Both the position numbers and the translations under genes were made by a program. Below are positions 60,842-64,000 of a stretch of DNA of 64,000 nucleotides, piece by piece. Position 1 is the stretch's first letter. Each line of letters begins with the position of its first letter. The stretch comes from an uncultured Acidobacteriota bacterium (GTDB lineage: Bacteria > Acidobacteriota > Vicinamibacteria > Vicinamibacterales > UBA2999), in contig CAVUHC010000002.1 in the NCBI GenBank assembly GCA_963741135.1, forward strand, positions 255,413 through 319,412. The letters are read 5' to 3'. The notes under the pieces are model-generated. The model was not told the DNA's origin. It saw only the letters and a list, made by a program, of their open reading frames with translations, and made no database searches.

Positions 60842-61774
60842 TCAGGCGGGATCAAATCGCACAGTAGCGAGCTTCGCGGTTGCCGTGATCGTGTGAACCT
60901 CGGACACGAGACCGTCGTCGCGCGTCTCGACCCTGAAGACGAATCGGCGCGCCCATCGCGGGCGGCCGGTGGATTCTCCGACGGCGGCTGGCAGTGCGTT
61001 GAGCATGCGAAAGTCAAAACGCATTGGCTCCATGCCTTCCGCGAACTTGACGAGAATCCTGGCAATCCTGGTCCTCCCACTTACTGGAGCAACCGGGGCA
61101 ACAAACTCACCTCCGTTGTCATAGAGCGCCTGCGCGTCCAGCGCGATCACCTTCTCGAGGCCTCCGGCATCGCGGTTCTGGAGGTGCGACAGGCATTGCT
61201 GCAGGACATTCGCGGTTCGCTTCTGGACGTCAGGGGTGGGCGGGACATGGATCTGGTCGTACGACTGCATCAGACGGCGGCCGCGCACCAAGGCTGCCCT
61301 CGCGCCCGCTGTTGCAGGGCCGAGTATTCTTGCGGCGTCCGACGGCTCGTGTCCGAAGACGTCACACAAGAGAAATATCGCCCGATCGCGGGGCTCGAGC
61401 CCCTCGAGTGCCATCAGGAATGCGAACGATCCGCTTTCGACCAGATCGTAGCGCGGACCGTTTGCCGAGGCGTCCGGCCGACCCGTCCGCGACGCCGCGT
61501 CCCCCGTTTCGACAGGTGATGGCAACCAGTACCCGAGATACTCGCGGTGCCTGCGGTGACGCAGGGTGGCGACCGCAAGCCGTGCCGTGATGGTCGTCAG
61601 GCGTCCGAGCCAGTCCGCGTCGCGATCGCGAGGCGGGCTCCTTACCGCCCCGGTGAAGCACTCGCGGAGCAGTGCGTCAGCGTCGACGGAGCTTCCCGTG
61701 ATCCGGTACGAGAGATCCCACAGAAACTGCCGGTGCTCCGCAAACGCATCAGAGACCTCCGCGTGATCGGCCAT
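60842..61774 (-). CDS. ECF sigma factor with C-terminal SnoaL-like extension (SigJ/ECF41-like)
   Basis: About 310 aa. Sigma regions 2 and 4 followed by a roughly 110-aa extension. Confidence 0.7.
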   Translation of the reverse strand: MADHAEVSDAFAEHRQFLWDLSYRITGSSVDADALLRECFTGAVRSPPRDRDADWLGRLTTITARLAVATLRHRRHREYLGYWLPSPVETGDAASRTGRPDASANGPRYDLVESGSFAFLMALEGLEPRDRAIFLLCDVFGHEPSDAARILGPATAGARAALVRGRRLMQSYDQIHVPPTPDVQKRTANVLQQCLSHLQNRDAGGLEKVIALDAQALYDNGGEFVAPVAPVSGRTRIARILVKFAEGMEPMRFDFRMLNALPAAVGESTGRPRWARRFVFRVETRDDGLVSEVHTITATAKLATVRFDPA

Positions 61775-61841
61775 CGCGAAACCGGTGTCATTGTCCGAAA
61801 CGCTCGGGGAGAATGAAAGCGGGGTTGCTCCTACACGTCCG

Positions 61842-62156
61842 ATGCGCGAATGGAATGCGGAAACCTATCACCGGGTCTCGGAACCACACGTTCAGTGGGG
61901 CATGCGCGTCCTCGATCGGCTGCCGCTCGCCGGCGACGAACTGGTGCTCGATGTCGGTTGCGGGACTGGCAGACTGACCGAAAAGCTGCTCGAACGGCTG
62001 CCGAACGGACGCGCGCTTGCCGTCGACCAGTCGGTGAACATGCTCGACTCCGCCAGGCGATATCTCACCCAACGGTTTCGAGCGCAGATCTTTTTACCTT
62101 CGCCTGCGTTCGAGTTCTTCGAGCGTGCGTGGCCAATCTTCACGCAGCAAACGTGA
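61842..62156 (+). pseudogene. SAM-dependent methyltransferase (Tam-like), 3'-truncated remnant
   Basis: WNAETYHRVS...VLDVGCGTGRLT...AVDQSVNMLDSARRYL, after which homology is lost where the convergent mutM 3' end begins. Confidence 0.6.
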
Positions 62157-62990
62157 CAGCGATCGATCCGCAAGCAGGCGTCCGCCGGTCTGGCAATTGG
62201 CACAGTAGTTTGCTTCGTTGGCGGCGTATACGATCCGTTGAACAGCCGCGCCGCAATCGGGACACGGCTTTCCATATCTCCCGTGAACGGCCATGCCATC
62301 CCGGAATGCGGTGACCTTCTCTGGAAAGGCGTCGCCCGCTTCTCTCCGCAGCCTGCCTGTCCATTCCAGGAGCGTCAGCCGAACGGCTTCGTACAGCCTG
62401 CGCACCTCGTCATCCGTCATCGTGGAGGTCTGCTTGAACGGTGAGACGCGCGCCGCGTGGAGAATCTCGTCCGAATAGGCATTGCCGATACCGCTGAAAA
62501 GATGTGGGTCCGTCAGCGCGCGCTTCAAGGTGTGATTGTGACGGCGCAGTGCCTCGGCAAATTCCGGCAGGTCCGCGGTCATGACTTCGAGTCCGCCGGG
62601 ATCGTGCTGTGCCAGTGCGTCAACCCCTTGGACCACATACAGCGATGCCTGCCGCTTTGATCCGGCCTCGGTCAGGATCAGCGAGCCATGCTCGAAGTCG
62701 AGCGCGAAGAGACCGACCTTTCCCGGAATATTCGCTCCCGCAGGCTTCCACCTGAATCGACCCGCAATCATGAGATGAAACACCAGAAACAGTTCGTCGT
62801 CGGTTTCGATGACGATGCGCTTGCCGAGCCGCCGCAACCCGACGATCGTTTTGCCTTCGACCGCGGAGAGCGGCGGGTGAACGGAGCGAAGGAGAAACGG
62901 CGTGGCGAGGCGGATACCGGTTACGCGGCGGCCGAGAATCCTCGGCTCCAGGGCGTGGAGATACAGCAGAATGTCCGGCAGCTCGGGCAT
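62094..62990 (-). CDS. mutM: Formamidopyrimidine-DNA glycosylase / Nei family
   Basis: N-terminal MPELPD, H2TH region, zinc finger CPDCGAAVQRIVYAANEANYCANCQ. Confidence 0.9.
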   Translation of the reverse strand: MPELPDILLYLHALEPRILGRRVTGIRLATPFLLRSVHPPLSAVEGKTIVGLRRLGKRIVIETDDELFLVFHLMIAGRFRWKPAGANIPGKVGLFALDFEHGSLILTEAGSKRQASLYVVQGVDALAQHDPGGLEVMTADLPEFAEALRRHNHTLKRALTDPHLFSGIGNAYSDEILHAARVSPFKQTSTMTDDEVRRLYEAVRLTLLEWTGRLRREAGDAFPEKVTAFRDGMAVHGRYGKPCPDCGAAVQRIVYAANEANYCANCQTGGRLLADRSLSRLLREDWPRTLEELERRRR

Positions 62991-63018
62991 GTGAGTTACA
63001 TTTTCTCTTGAGTTCGTG

Positions 63019-64000
63019 ATGCGCCGTTTTCTACTGATCGGAGTAACCGCGGTCGCCATCGTGGCGGCGATTGCCACCGGCGGCATTTACTGGTTTCTCA
63101 GCGGCGACGGCATCCGCCTGGCGCTGGAGCGGCAGGCCACGAGCTGGCTCGGTCAGCCGGTGACGATCGGCAGCGCGGCCGCACGGTTGTTCCCGCGTCC
63201 CGGGATCACTCTTCGAGACGTTCGAGCCGGCGACCCGGTCCGCGTGACGCTCGCGGACGTGGAGCTCTCGAGCGGCTTGCGGCCGCTGCTGTCGCGCCGC
63301 GTCGAGGATGCGGAGGTCATCGTCTCGAACAGCCGCATCGAGATGCCCCTTCCCTTCACGCTGCCGGCGCCAGGAAGCGGCACAACCGCCCCGACAGCCG
63401 GTGACGCCGGCATCCAGGTCGTTTCAGTCCGCGCGATCACGCTGCGAAACATCACGATCGCGAGCCGCGGCCGGCAAGTCACGATCTCCGCTGATTCATC
63501 GCTGTCGAGCGCACACTTGAATCTCGATCGATTCACCGCCGAGTCAGGCGCGACGTTGCTCGACGCGAGCGGCTTGGTGCAGCTGACACCCCGCTTCGAT
63601 GCGCAGCTCCAGGTCAAAGCCAATCGCGTGGACGTCGATGACCTGCTCGCGCTTGCCGACGCATTCACCCCACCAACGCCACGGCGAACAGGGACGACCA
63701 TCGCGCTCCCGGGACGCCTCGTCGCGCGCATCAGCGCCGAGAACGCGCGGGCGATCGGCGTGGACGTCCGGCAGTTTGCGACGACGCTGGTGGCGCAGGG
63801 GAACCGGATCACGCTGTCGCCTGCGACATTTCAATTGTTTGGCGGCCGTTACGAGGGCGCGCTCGACGTCGATGCGGGAGAAACGCTGAGAGCGACCGTG
63901 AGAGCGCAGATCTCGGACATCGATGTCGCACAACTTGCCGCGTTCGGAGGTGTTCCTGACACAATCAGCGGCCGGCTCTCGGGCACCGGCACCTTCAGTG
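63019..64000 (+). CDS. AsmA-family protein (partial, runs off the window end)
   Basis: Not in the ORF track. I translated 63019 onward by hand and found no stop to 64000. N-terminal TM helix MRRFLLIGVTAVAIVAAIA and AsmA-like repeats. Confidence 0.7.
   Translation, partial: MRRFLLIGVTAVAIVAAIATGGIYWFLSGDGIRLALERQATSWLGQPVTIGSAAARLFPRPGITLRDVRAGDPVRVTLADVELSSGLRPLLSRRVEDAEVIVSNSRIEMPLPFTLPAPGSGTTAPTAGDAGIQVVSVRAITLRNITIASRGRQVTISADSSLSSAHLNLDRFTAESGATLLDASGLVQLTPRFDAQLQVKANRVDVDDLLALADAFTPPTPRRTGTTIALPGRLVARISAENARAIGVDVRQFATTLVAQGNRITLSPATFQLFGGRYEGALDVDAGETLRATVRAQISDIDVAQLAAFGGVPDTISGRLSGTGTFS

Overview
High-GC bacterial chromosomal segment (about two-thirds G+C by eye). The gene content suggests an Acidobacteriota-like soil bacterium: ECF sigma/Ser-Thr kinase pair, PEGA-domain giant protein, GldF/GldG-like ABC system, and a microcompartment locus with three BMC-P genes. 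That assignment is inference only. I can support about 60 protein genes and one tRNA. Most are housekeeping: queC/queE/queA, nth, ruvABC-yebC, fabH, tilS-ftsH-folP-cdaA-cdaR-glmM-pdxJ, dacB, alaX, mutM. Signalling modules are an ECF sigma plus Ser/Thr kinase, a FecR-OmpA-CHASE2/HD-GYP operon, and an orphan histidine kinase. Three things stand out. (1) A compact bacterial microcompartment operon at 28.7-32.0 kb: class II aldolase, BMC-H, three BMC-P, a Cys-rich mini-protein and a 2-hydroxyacid dehydrogenase, with no canonical aldehyde dehydrogenase, phosphotransacylase or kinase core nearby. (2) More than 25 palindromic or one-armed elements built from tandem heptamers (sometimes 8- or 9-mers), plus a second REP-like family. 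Several are translated in frame inside conserved genes (queA, a methyltransferase, and the nth and ruvC tails). (3) Very unevenly distributed reading-frame breaks: about 35 in 28.7-38.9 kb, hitting essential genes, but none in 4.8-16.2 kb. Where I could resolve them they are mostly +1 homopolymer insertions, so they look like assembly errors rather than decay. Disrupted genes are listed as full-length spans with type pseudogene because that is what the sequence literally shows. Long antisense ORFs in the track are high-GC artefacts.
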